DNA of 62,864 nt, counting the filler, from Octopus bimaculoides (lineage: Eukaryota), in assembly GCF_001194135.2 (NCBI RefSeq). It is 13 parts of 12 records of this genome, joined end to end, with 100 filler letters (N's around TTAATTAATTAA, not from the genome) between each part and the next. Parts side by side here need not be neighbours in the genome. Positions count along the whole stretch, not along the records: positions 22,042 to 46,230 come from NC_068989.1; 12 more parts are not named here. One strand, written 5' to 3'. The translations under genes were made by a program, and so were the position numbers. The notes under the pieces are model-generated. The model was given only the letters and a program-made list of their open reading frames with translations. It was not told where the DNA came from and ran no database searches. Numbering within the stretch: position 1 is the stretch's first letter; each line of letters starts with the position of its first letter. This document shows positions 24,294-36,640 of the stretch, one piece after another.

Positions 24294-24372
24294 GGCTATT
24301 AGAGTCTGACGAGTCGCCTATACAGCTAAGCGCTTTACAGGTGCGAAACCAATGGCCACTCCCTGACCAGCC
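24294..24372 (+). ncRNA. Extended type I hammerhead ribozyme fold with U16.1C core mutation
   Basis: GGCT-atta-GAGT / ACTC-cctgacc-AGCC (stem I with internal loop); CUGACGA at 24306-24312; long stem II (gtcgcct...aggtgc, inner agc/gct); GAAA at 24345-24348; stem III (A)CC-aat-GG; triplet GCC instead of GUC. Confidence 0.6.
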
Positions 24373-24461
24373 ATTACAAAGAACCTTCTAAATATACTAC
24401 TGCTCTAATATTTTAGAGCGTGCTTCTTTTTGGGATATGTGAACTACTGACCAACACCTTT

Positions 24462-24517
<56 letters not shown>

Positions 24518-24518
<1 letters not shown>

Positions 24519-24700
24519 ATTTCATTTGACTACTGCCATGCTGGGGCACCGTTCTGGGAGGTTTAAGTCGAAGTAATCGACCCAGCTCCTTTTTTAAGTC
24601 TGGTACTTATTCTATCATTCACTTTTGCCGAACCGCTAGAGTACGGGGATGTAAACAAACCAGTACCGGTTGTCGAACGGTACTGGGGTTAAAAGTAAAC
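24518..24700 (-). mobile_element. SINE family A 3' tail
   Basis: catttcatttgactactgccatgctggggcaccg...cttattctatc...gccgaaccgct. Confidence 0.75.
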
Positions 24701-24924
24701 ACAAAAATTCACACACTCACACACACATACACTATTGCAATGGAGTTCGCCCGGCTCCAGTGTATATTACGTTTTTTTAACATGTTTATGAAGAGATTTT
24801 CTCTCAGATGAAGACCATACCATTATACCTTTCAATACTAATTGATCAGTGTATCGTACTAAATATATGATATACAGATGGCGATTTTAATTTAACGTGA
24901 TGTTGTTTCATTTGTGGATGTGTA

Positions 24925-25110
24925 GTAACCACATGGTTCCGGGTTCAGTCCCCCTGCGTGGCACCTTGGACATTTGTCTTCTGCTATAGCCTTGGGTCGA
25001 TCAAAAACTTGTGAGTTGATTTGACTGATAGAAACTGAAAGAAGCTGTCGTAAGTGTGTGTCTGTGTGTCTTCGTGTCTGTACTTGTCCCCCATCATCGC
25101 TTGACACATG
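24925..25110 (+). mobile_element. SINE family A body
   Basis: aaccacatggttccgggttcagtccc.ctgcgtggcaccttggac...gaaactgaaagaagc. Confidence 0.85.
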
Positions 25111-25228
25111 TTTATATACATACAAATATGTGTGTGTGTACATCTGTATATCACCTTGTTTTCGAATCTGCATTGTAACAAGTTTAATTGTACGTATGAA
25201 TGGGACTTGATGGCAAAATGAAAGAAAT

Positions 25229-25294
<66 letters not shown>

Positions 25295-26093
25295 AGATTC
25301 AAAAATCGATAGAGCAAGGAAGTAAATCCCTTGCAATTTTTAGTTTAGTCTTTTCATGTTCTAAAATCACATTGAACCGAAGTAGCTTTACTTTTCATCA
25401 CTGGCGGGATTTTAAAATAATATAACTGCCAAGTAATGGGTTCAAGAAACCCAACAGCGTATTCACTATCCCCGTCATTACATCATATAATTTTCTTTTT
25501 AAATCCATCAAGTTAGGAATATTTATTATAAGGGTTGATGATGTCAGAATCAGATGGACAAAGGTGGAAATATCTTGTGGTAATTNNNNNNNNNNNNNNN
25601 NNNNNNNNNNNNNNNNNNNNNNNNNNNNNNNNNNNNNNNNNNNNNNNNNNNNNNNNNNNNNNNNNNNNNNNNNNNNNNNNNNNNNNNNNNNNNNNNNNNN
25701 NNNNNNNNNNNNNNNNNNNNNNNNNNNNNNNNNNNNNNNNNNNNNNNNNNNNNNNNNNNNNNNNNNNNNNNNNNNNNNNNNNNNNNNNNNNNNNNNNNNN
25801 NNNNNNNNNNNNNNNNNNNNNNNNNNNNNNNNNNNNNNNNNNNNNNNNNNNNNNNNNNNNNNNNNNNNNNNNNNNNNNNNNNNNNNNNNNNNNNNNNNNN
25901 NNNNNNNNNNNNNNNNNNNNNNNNNNNNNNNNNNNNNNNNNNNNNNNNNNNNNNNNNNNNNNNNNNNNNNNNNNNNNNNNNNCTATAAGAGGAGGTTTCT
26001 AAATCCTTGGTTGACTCTTGTCTCCGAGTGAGTGGTCTGCCACAATTCTTCCTAAAGGTGCAACAGGACCGATTCTAAGAGAGAATAAGGGAA

Positions 26094-26177
<84 letters not shown>

Positions 26178-26683
26178 AACTAGGGTAGGAAAGAAAAGAA
26201 AAGGCGGAGTAAGAAGCAAACGAGAGTGAACAGGAGAAAGATTGAAAGAAAGGAACAAAGTGAGAGAAAGAAATGCGTGTATGCACATGTCTGTGTCCGT
26301 GTGTGTACCTATACACACACACATACGCGCGCGCGCGCGCAAATCAATATCACGACACCAATTGTTAATCGTATTTATATTTCTTATATGTTTATTTGTT
26401 TATTCGTTAAGTCTTGGTGTAGAACTCCTTCACAAGAAAATACCAAATTGTTTAGTTAGGTTTTTTCGTTAAGATCTCTGACCCTGCGAAGATATTTGAC
26501 GGCAACTCCATTCAGAAGAGCCATTAGTAATCATAACTAACAATCACTATAGAATGTGAAATGAAGCTGATACTTCTGGCATAAACATTGATAAACGTAA
26601 GAACAGTACACAAACACACACACACACACACACACACAACACACACACACAAACAACATACACACACACATGCACACATAACA

Positions 26684-26877
26684 TACGAAACGGTGCTGAA
26701 AAGTTCCTGGCTTTTAGTAAAAGAAAATACAGGAGGATCAGTTAATTATGATTTTATTCAACACATTCCTCTTTCAGATTCACACACTTGTTGCAGCGGT
26801 CCTTCAGTTTTTCTAAGCCTTGTAAAAGAACTCGGAAGGTTGGGCCTACAAACAACTAGGCCTTTTACGATCCCCTT
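26684..26877 (-). mobile_element. Mariner 3' end with TIR
   Basis: Minus strand PSEFFYKGLEKLKDRCNKCVNLKEECVE* (cf. FF..GI.KL..RW.KC....G.YVE). Terminus tacgaaacggtgctgaaaagttcctggc. Confidence 0.75.
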
Positions 26878-26889
26878 AANNNNNNNNNN

Positions 26890-26921
<32 letters not shown>

Positions 26922-27656
26922 TCGGTGGCGGAGGCGGCGTTAACTCATATCCGAGTAGTAAATCTGTAACCGTTGATTGAGCTCTTTATTTTGATGGTTG
27001 CAAGGAGCGGAGAGGCTCGCTGTTCAAGCAACAGGTGCCCTTCGCGTGATTCTGTTTAGGATGAACCATACTTTGCGATTACAAGGCCCACGTCCTTGGC
27101 CACCCGCTTCACCAGAAGCACAATTAGGATTACATGAGAAATTACGAGAAAAACGAGAAGGTTGATGCAAAGAGTGGAAGGATGAATAGAAACGAGGAAA
27201 GAAGAGAAAAGAGAGAAAATTGGAGTTGTGTCTCCTTTCATCATGTGCTCAGAGCCCGTTGATTGCTTGAAGACACAAGGCATGTGGCAAAAACCCTGTC
27301 CAGTCACGTGTCTTCGCAGCAAGAAACTATTAGTAGCACATATCTTTATATTGTGTACATTGAAAGATATTTATTTTTCACTGGATGAAGTCTCCACGTG
27401 GTGAGTTGTAAAATCAAAAATTAAATATATAAAATAAAAGAAGGAAAATGCACACAGTTAACATAGTTTTAATATATTTTTTAATATATTTTATAAGTGA
27501 AAGAGTATTGAGTTTGTCGACCGGGTTCGTTTTTGCTAACCATGTACTCTGTATTCCAATATTCTGAATTCTGAGTCTTTCAGTTATAGTGTATTAAAGA
27601 ATACTTTAGGTATTAAGTTCTGTAACTTTCTTCTTATTATTATTCTTATTCTTCTA

Positions 27657-27687
<31 letters not shown>

Positions 27688-27899
27688 TTCTTCTTCTTCT
27701 TCTTCTTCTTCACTTTCATCATCACCATCATCATTACCACCCCCACAACCACTTTCTTTTTCCACTTCATCATTATCACCTGCTTATTCATCTTCATGAG
27801 CATAATCATCACCACACACCTTCTTCTTCTACTACTACTATTTCGTCATCATCTGCACGACCACCTTCTTGTTCTCCTTTGCCTGCTTTTTTAGTCCCC

Positions 27900-28797
27900 A
27901 GGTCACCCTTGACTGAGCAGACCTATAAGCAGTAGCTGGCCTCCCTTTGGCTACAACGCAAATATCTAGGATTATGTTATCCAAAGTCAAAAAAAATAAC
28001 ACTCCCTTTGGTCATGAAGAGCCATGGGATTGCACCTAGAAAGTTCCCCTCCAAAGCATATTTCCGGGCACGGTTGTTTATGAAACATCAGCAGTCCATG
28101 CATACCAGTCTCCCTTCTCCCTGCCACCCATGCTGTCCAAGGCAAAGGCCGATACAGCTTGGCACCAGTGACGTCGCAACTCATTTTTACATCTGAGTGA
28201 ACTGGAGCATTATGAAATAAAGTGCCATGGTCAACAACACAACACAAAGCCAAGTCCGGGGAACGAATTTTTTTTCCCACGAGAGTTCCGCACCCCGGTA
28301 ATGAACTCATTTGCATACAGCCAATTAGAGCTCACCTTAACCTTGTTGTCAAGGTTATGCCTGATTTCAGAAGGAGACAAGTAATTAAATAGATTTGCAT
28401 CTATACCTATTATCGGATTTTGTTAGAGCCCCGTATGGTAAAGATGTGGATGGGGAAAATGTGGGTAGAGGGTGATGTGCTAGCAACCCTCTCCCCTTAT
28501 TGTTTAACAAAGTAAACAACAACACAAATAACTACGCAGAGGCAGACATGATTGAAACAAGAACAAGCATTGTTAAAAGAGAAAAGAAGCATGGTCATTC
28601 ATTACCTTATCTTATCGCCCATCACTTGTTATGCGCTCATAAATTAGTTTGATAGCTGAGCTCTGATTGGCTGTATGCAAATGAGTTCATAACTGGGATC
28701 CGGAATTCCCGTGGGGAAAAAATTTCGCGCCCGGCAGTTGAACTCACTACTTCGTGATTGTCAGCCCGGCGGTCTAACCACTGAGCCATGCGCCTCC
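27900..28797 (-). mobile_element. tRNA-derived SINE (family F) interrupted by a MITE
   Basis: Head (reverse complement) ggaggcgcatggctcagtggttagaccgccgggctgacaatcacgaagtagtgagttcaact at 28735-28797; body resumes below 28258. Related copies at 39590, 50230 and 60640. Confidence 0.8.
28259..28732. mobile_element. Non-autonomous DNA element (MITE), about 75-bp TIRs with octamer and CCAAT motifs
   Basis: Left ggg..cgaatttttttcccacg...atgaactcatttgcatacagccaattagagctca versus right tgagctctgattggctgtatgcaaatgagttcat...cgtggggaaaaaatttcgcgccc. No clear TSD. Confidence 0.85.
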
Positions 28798-29378
28798 GAT
28801 ATGTATAATATATTTAACATATATTATATGTGTTACTTTGTTTTTAAGAGAATAATATAGTTTGGGTAAGATCTGGCTTATATTTCTAGCAAATCTAACA
28901 ACCCTGTTGGCTCGTGTTCTACCAGAACTTTGTGTGTATGCGTGTATGTGTATGCGTGTGTGTGTATGTGTGTGTGTGTGCATGTGTGTGTGCATGTGTG
29001 TGNNNNNNNNNNGTGTGTGTGCATGTGTGTGTGCATGTGTGTGTCTGAGTGTGTATGCGTGCGCGCAGGGGAGTGGTAGTATACCTGGGTTTGTTCGATC
29101 GGTATGTATTCGATGGGATTCGTATATAATGATCGGTTGCGTGAATGTATTTTTCCTGTGTGTGAGTGAGTGTATGTACAGGCATGTGTGTGTGTAAGTG
29201 TATAAGTGCGAGTATAAGTGTGTGTAAGTGTATGTGTGTGTGTGTTGGAGGTGTGCCTGGGTTTATTCGATTCGTACGCCTATATCTTTGACTTGATCTC
29301 TGTTCGGTTGTGTAACTGCGTTTTTCCAGTGTGTGTGTGTGTATGTGCGTGTGTGTGTGTGTGTGTGTATGTGTGTGT

Positions 29379-29410
<32 letters not shown>

Positions 29411-29648
29411 TTGTGTGCCTGTGTGCGCGTGTGTATTTGTGCGGGTGTATGTGTTTGTGTTTGCCTGTGCATATATATAGTGTGCGTGTATGCGTGCATG
29501 TATTTGTTATAGTACGTAAACCTTTTAAAGTTTCCCATTTCTTAACCTAATTTCCAAAATGTCGGTATTCCAACTCTCCAATGAAAATAAATTTTTTAAA
29601 ATAATAATAATAATAATAATAATAATAATNNNNNNNNNNNNNNNNAAT

Positions 29649-29681
<33 letters not shown>

Positions 29682-29990
29682 AAGCATACGAAATAAAAAA
29701 AAATCTATTCGTTTCCAACAAATCTAAATATAAATTTCAGTTTTAAATATTTTAAAGAATTTTTAGTTCCTTTCTTTGCAATGTTTTTGCCCATTTTGCA
29801 CACTTTTTTTCTTTTTTCTTTCTCATTAACTTCCTTTATTTTTAATACTTCCTTTTTTTCTCCCATTAACTCTCTTTTGTTCCCATTAATTGATCCTGTT
29901 CTTGTAAGTTTGCCTCCTAAACAACAGTCTCTATCTCTTTCAGTCTATCTATCTCTCTCTTCACTTTCTTTATCTTTCTTTCTCTCCACA

Positions 29991-30021
<31 letters not shown>

Positions 30022-30025
30022 TCTC

Positions 30026-30088
<63 letters not shown>

Positions 30089-32850
30089 TCATCGTTTTCT
30101 GCTTCCCTCTTTTACATACTTTCACTCTCTCGTTCTCTATTTCACTCTATTTATCTATCTCTATCGCTCGCTACACCTTTCTATGTCTCTTTATTTATCT
30201 GTATCGCTCGCTACACCTTTCTATCTAGATAGAATATCTTTCTAACGAAATATCATTATCTCGATAACAATAACGTATCTAGTCATTCTCAATACTTTCT
30301 GGCAGATTCGAACGTAAATACGTTTATCGCTCTTGTATTTCGTCATTGGGGAACATTTAAAAGAGAAGATATGTCTATAATACATGCAATCCGTTGATGT
30401 AAAGAGACTTTGGTACACCGCGTTGTTTCGGCTTTATTTTGTGTCTCCTTAGCTAAAATTACTCCAAAGGGTTGACTCTTGTTTACAAAAATCAGCAAAC
30501 ACATTATCTGCTGATGACTGCCAAACTGACAATAATTCAGATGAACACAGACTATTTCTTTACGTGACTCTATCGCCGTGGTGGGCTTTAACTACTTAAA
30601 TGTGAACAAGAGAAAAGACAGAACTCAATCGTTGAAGTCGTGTTATGTAATATATTTTATTGAAAACCTAAGTTTCGCAAATCGCTACTCCAAGATTCTC
30701 CTTTCCAGTCTTTGGATGACAATAAAAATGAAATTTTAAAAATGCCATCACAATGGAGATGTTTGAAGGTCATGGCAAATATTGACTGGATAACAATAAA
30801 CAGAGGGATATGATATAATTTTTATTGGGTGTGTTGATAAAAACGACTCTTGCATTTATTCTCAGTCAATCCAATGTATGATATTGGTCCGCTGTTGTCA
30901 TGTAGTAGTATCTTAACACAACACAATGGATTTTGAAAAGGAATTACCATTGAAAGGACCTTTGTCAAACACCTTAGGATAGCTATGTATATATATACAT
31001 GTGTGTGCGTGTACGTGTGTGTGTATGTGTGTGTGTGTATACGCGCATATGATGGACTTCCTCATAGTTTTCTTCTATCAAATTTCACTCATGTAGCATT
31101 GGTCATTGTGAAATATAGTGGAAGGCACTACTACATGTGTGCAAGGTTCCGCACGATGGAATCGAACCTGCAACCACCCTGTTGCACAGCACATTCTACA
31201 CTTTGTGATCGGAAACTACATTCTCTGATGCCATTCTGTGATGTTGCACGTGATTTATATAATACTAAGGTGTTACCCTTCATTTGACAAGTAACTTTGG
31301 AAGTATAATTTTACCACCATAAGTAATATCAGGAAATATGGCATGCATCGAGTAATTATGATTTCACTTTCTTGGAGCTTATTATAAAATGATGAAATAA
31401 ATACGAATTTTCAAGAGAAACATATCTATTACCTAAAAATAATATTAAATAAAATAAAACAATGACGTACATGTATTTTTTTTTTTTTTTTACTTGTTTC
31501 AGTCATTTGACTGCGGCCATGCTGGAGCACCGCCTAAATGCTAATCGCTGTGGTATTTTGTCTACGGAGAACAACTCCATATTTCTCATTTGCATAACTC
31601 CTTCCATATATAATCTGTCATTTACTCACTCTTTTTACCTCCCATATTTCTATAATACTCCCTTTGTTGTTGTGTTTGAGTGTCTAGTGTTATTTTACTC
31701 ATTGCATGATACCAAACCTAGTATATGCACTCATCGTGAACCTCTTATGTTAACCCACTCTGTATTTTTCTTTTACTCTCTCCCTCTCTCCATCTCTCTC
31801 TCTCTCTGTCTCTCTCTCTCTCCCTCTCTCTCTCTCTCACGGATGTAAGGTGTGACTGAAGAAATCAACCAACCGACATTTATATCGGCTGTTATTAAAT
31901 AAAAATTAGAAATTATATTTAATTTCCTACCTTTGTTTTCACAAGAGATCTAATATTGACTTTATTATTTTTTAAGTTATAATCTGATCGGTTGTGTGCT
32001 GGAAACCTTCCTTTTCTTACAAAAATGTTAGCCCTGATATTAGTTGTTATTGATATTTATATAGCTACGGACCCTTTGCAGTCTTCGTTCTAATCATGCA
32101 GGTTTCAACGATTTTTTATTATTCTAAGGACAATAACATAAAATTACTCTCACATAATTTCATCTATTATAAAACAAATCCTAATGAAATATTGGGGTTT
32201 GTTTAAAATATTCAACTTTCCTTTCTTCTCAGTCTAAAATATGCAATATTGCCAAACGTTAAATATCAATATTCATATTTAGTTAAAGTCATTTACATCC
32301 ACAGATCAAATCCAGTCCCACCAGAGGTCAACTTTGCTTTCATCCTTCCCAGAGCGATAAAATAAAACGTCACTCACGTACAGGAGTTTATCTAAAAGAC
32401 TTCCTTCTCCGTACTCCCTAAAAGAAATGCAGTATGGGCCAATGTTAATCATCAATATTCATATTTAATTCTCCTTCTTTACGTTTAGAGCTTAAATCCC
32501 ATAGAGGTCAACTTTGCTTTCACATTCCGAGATCGATAAAATAAAATAACAATCAAGTATCGGTATCTAATAGATTCTAGTATCCTTTCCAAGATAAATT
32601 TGGCTTTCATCCTTATGGAGTTAAGAACTAGGCTCGACCTTAATCGAATATACATTCTCCCGAAGCTCTATGGCTTTATGCCAATGTTGGGAATCAATAT
32701 TAATTAATTGAGTAAGCAACTCTTGTTATTAATTCATTCTCCTAGCTATCAAGTCTGCTTTGATCCGCTTATTCTCTTTATGTCACAACTGACTGAAGTT
32801 GTTTAGCATTCTAAGTGCTCGACTCTGCACCACTTTAATTCTGAACATAC

Positions 32851-32940
32851 CTTCCAGTAGATATTCACTCTAAAACTTTGTTCATGAAGAAGGTCATTGC
32901 TTGACATATCTCAAGAGCATTGTTTATATCCATCAAAAAC
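32851..32940 (-). other. Candidate exon with ATG at 32907 (MSSNDLLHEQSFRVNIYWK)
   Basis: Donor GAAG|gtatgt; weak acceptor ggatag|. 19 codons ending in phase 0. Confidence 0.25.
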
Positions 32941-33420
32941 CTATCCGTCCGTAACAAATATTATATTTACACGCTTCAAATTTTGACCGGTTTAAATTCA
33001 ATATCCATTCATTGTAATACATAAACCAATATATTTTTTGTTAATAACAGTAGATAATTACAGTACAAATAATGATTAACTTGAAGATTTTTATTCAATT
33101 TAGAAATATTTTATATGTATGTACAATCATATTTAACATGTTCGTGTACACACGATTATGAAGGGACATAGGCTGCAGAAACTGTCACTAAAGATATTCT
33201 TTATTGATAAGTGTGGATGGAACACCATTGGGCAATGAATTACGTCATCGGAATTTTGGATGCATGCATTTCTGTGTCGTTGCGTGTCGTCAGGTACGGA
33301 CAGCGAGCCATCGTTCATAACCACTAAGAAATTGTTCTGACACATGAACAGTAAATTACACAAATTAATAAAATAGAGAAGCACTAAGCAGAAGACGCAG
33401 AAACACATGCGCTTTACGGG

Positions 33421-33436
33421 TCCATGACGTCATTCA
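33421..33436. promoter_or_regulatory. Palindromic CRE-like site ATGACGTCAT
   Basis: Perfect TGACGTCA at 33425-33432 in CpG-containing unique sequence. Confidence 0.3.
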
Positions 33437-33974
33437 AGACCCAATTATGTATTTATCACGCATATTGTCTATAAGGATTTTGTTCTAAACCTATATTTCA
33501 TTCAGCGCTGCTGAATGCGCCTCTAATAAATTAGAAATATTACCTTTATCTTTCACTCAAAGGTTTCTACAAGTCCCTGTAACATTTATAAAATGTATAA
33601 ACGAATTTAAAAAGTGAATATACACGACAATGTTTTAGAACCGTCAATCAAGTGTGGCGATATCGTAATAGCACCAGAGTTAATGTCAATGATGGAAGCC
33701 TTTTATCCCAACACAGCTTCATGGAGATTCTTTAGTGAATCGATTCGTGTCTCTGTAAATATTGAACAAAACTAGTAATTTATTACTTTCACCAGTATGT
33801 CGGCCATATTAATATCAGCTTATATGAGGCCAGTTAAGTTTGCCACTATCATATCAGCCACGATAATATCAGCCTATGTGAGATCACTCTTTGTGTGTAA
33901 CAGTTTACTGTTGTGTAATGTTAGATATATGTGTACATGAATGTATACGTATTCATGTATATATATATACCTAT

Positions 33975-33990
33975 ATAGATAGCTGGGTAG

Positions 33991-34048
<58 letters not shown>

Positions 34049-34081
34049 GGATGGATGGATGGATGGATGGATGGATGGATG

Positions 34082-34157
<76 letters not shown>
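33975..34157. repeat. (TAGA)n/(TGGA)n microsatellite
   Basis: Directly visible. Confidence 0.97.
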
Positions 34158-34170
34158 TGTGCATATGTAA

Positions 34171-34378
34171 ATGTATAAATGGGGAAGAAATGACTGTAGC
34201 AAGTGATGGTGAGAAAACTTGGCGTGACTGGTAGGGGGTATAATAGATATGTGAGGGTATGGAGAGTACCTATCCGCATATTCTGCATGCCCTCGCGTAT
34301 CTATCATACCCCTACAAGCCACTCCAATTTTTCTTACCAACAATTGCTGCAGTGGCCTCTTCCCCATCTTTAAACATC
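34171..34378. repeat. About 200-bp imperfect palindrome (fold-back, minimal loop)
   Basis: atggggaaga...actgtagcaa...tagggggtataatagatatgtgagggtatg pairs with catgccctcgcgtatctatcatacccctac...ttgctgcagt...tcttccccat. Confidence 0.85.
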
Positions 34379-34639
34379 TCCCTTCACGCTTTTATGGAAC
34401 ATCCGCCTTCTATCCCCTCCATACCACTTATACACCCCACTGATACCTGTGGGTAGGTCCTAATGCAGCTCCAGCACTATTTATTTCTCTCTCTCTCTTT
34501 CTCTCCCTCTCTCTTTCTCGCCTTCTCTCTTTCTCTCTCTATCTATCTCTTTCCTTCTTTCCCAATCTGACTATCTCTCTATCTTTTTCTCTAACTTTGT
34601 CTCTCTTTCCTCCCCTCCCTTTTCCTACTAGAGTAGCTA

Positions 34640-34980
34640 AGTATCTCCTCTTTAGTAAGACGCCTGTTTCTATCCATCAAGTATACTCTAACGTCTTAGC
34701 TGACACAAAGCCCTTCCCCCGGTTCCATTCCCTTTCCCAGCTGAGCAGCCTTCGTCTCGCAAGTCACTCGACGATACCACCAGTGTCGGTGCCTTGTAAA
34801 AAGCACAACTACTTGTGTCACGTAAAAAGCACCCAGTACATTCCGTATTGCGGTTTGCGTTAGGAAGGGCATTCCGTCGTAGAAACCATGCCAAAGCAGA
34901 CAGTTGAGCGTGGTACGGTTCTCTGACTTACCAGCTTTAGATAAACCGTCCAACCCATGCCAGACAGACGTTAAAGGATA
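34640..34980 (+). mobile_element. Family D retroposon (RTE-type tail)
   Basis: cacgtaaaaagcaccc...gttaggaagggcat...ccgtccaacccatgcc...gacgttaaa. Confidence 0.75.
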
Positions 34981-35539
34981 TACAAGCATGTATGTATATA
35001 TATATGTATATATATGTATATATATATATATATATATACACGTGTCAGTATGTGTACATACATAAATACATACATACATACATACATACATACATGCATA
35101 CACAACTGTGTACACAAATGAAACAGCATTGAATTAAAATATCTGTGTACCATACCTAAAGTATATTCACCATTCAAAGTAACCCTACAGTTGCTTTTGT
35201 CTAAGAGAAATTCTTCACATGAACATATCTTAAAAACACAACATATATCACAGAGAACCGAACATCTTCACGAGAATGATAAACGCGTTTCGACCTTTTT
35301 ATGCCTCGCCAATGACATGTACCTTTTTGTCACATGCCTAAATGAAATTTGTCCCTTTCGATATATAGCAAACGGTGAATAATACATTCACTAATATGAC
35401 GGAAAGCTTGTTGCAATAAACTCGTTATGTTCAATTGAAACAGACAAAACCACAGTGGTATGCCTTTCAATGGTGAATATACGTTAAGTATGGTAGTAAC
35501 ACACACACACACACACATTCACACACACACACACACACG

Positions 35540-35579
<40 letters not shown>

Positions 35580-36115
35580 GTTTCCATATTACTTTACAAA
35601 TGCTTGTTTCGTTATCTTTCTCTATTGACCTCTTGATTACCTGCATATCTTTCCTTTTCTACCTTCTCCATTTTTTTTCTTCTTAAAAATATTTTTGTGC
35701 TCGCTTTAGGAGATATTTACGGATTATCCAGTAGTTTTCATAACTATAATGTAAACATAAATGTAATATAAATGAGTTGCAATCTTACTCTATGTACGTT
35801 CTTATGATTATAATAAAGAATTTTCAAAAGAAAGTTTGATTCTTTTCTTATTTATGCGTAGTTTCTGTTTTGAATCATAATATTGATAATATGACATCAT
35901 ACAATGACATCATAGAACATATTTCACCATCACAGATCGAAGAATCACAGAATGTGATTAATATTATACAGATGATGATGATGCGCAATAGTATGACATC
36001 ATTGAAAATTAAGTTTGATATCATACGCGGAACTATAACCCTCACTGAAATCTTTGTTGATTCTCTTAACTATGATACAATGAAATATTTCATTTTATTT
36101 TTCTGAATAAAATAA

Positions 36116-36260
36116 TATAGATGTTTTCGATCTAGTTTGGATTATTTGTCATCAGATTTGAATTCTTTGGCTTCAAATTAGAATTCTTTGCAATCAAATT
36201 TGATAGCAAAGAATTCAAATTTGATGGCAAAGAATCCAAACTGGATCGAAAACATCTATA
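36116..36260. repeat. 145-bp palindrome built from about 21-bp subunits
   Basis: tatagatgttttcgatctagtttggatt...aatccaaactggatcgaaaacatctata; internal units ctttg.catcaaatttgaatt in both orientations. Confidence 0.9.
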
Positions 36261-36429
36261 CAATCAATTGAACGTAGGCAACAAAGAATTAACTATGGTT
36301 CGAATTGGTACAAAAAGTACATATGGTTTACATCAGGATGTGGTGGACATTTTGTACAAATATATGATGTGAAATAGCACGGCTAATGTTTTTTTTTTTG
36401 CTTTTGTTTTTTTTTTTAAGCTTTAAAAA

Positions 36430-36640
36430 TCTGATATACCAAGCTTTTTTGCGTGGTGAGATTTCCATTTTCTTAAGATCTTCATAAAAAATTCCGTAGA
36501 CTGCCTTCCAGGGGAATTTAAATCTCTCAATGTAGCTTTTCTAATAATGTAGTAATTGATATGCACAGCTTTTTTTCACCTCTACTTAAGCTATTCGTCA
36601 GAACCTCCGAGGCCTGTCATCCTAGAATTTAATTCCCTTC
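36430..36640 (-). mobile_element. Old mariner transposase remnant
   Basis: DDRPRR (cf. D.PRSGRP) and AVYGIFYEDLKKMEISPR (cf. TV..IL.EDL.MRK.SAR). Confidence 0.45.

Noticed and set aside
26930-27320. GC-richer CpG-containing block with short ORFs
   Set aside because: No frame stays open and no family is recognised; left unannotated.
33250-33300. Minus-strand CTGACGA...GAAA with palindromic ATGCATGCAT as a hammerhead
   Set aside because: Neither stem I nor stem II can pair.
33133-33408. 91-aa ORF with hydrophobic N-terminus as a secreted peptide
   Set aside because: The hydrophobic stretch derives from T-rich sequence; no recognisable domain or processing sites.
36385-36540. Acceptor plus open frame KSYIERFKFPWKAVYGIFYEDLKKMEISPRKK as a host exon
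   Set aside because: Better explained as a mariner HTH/linker remnant; it runs into a poly-A tract.
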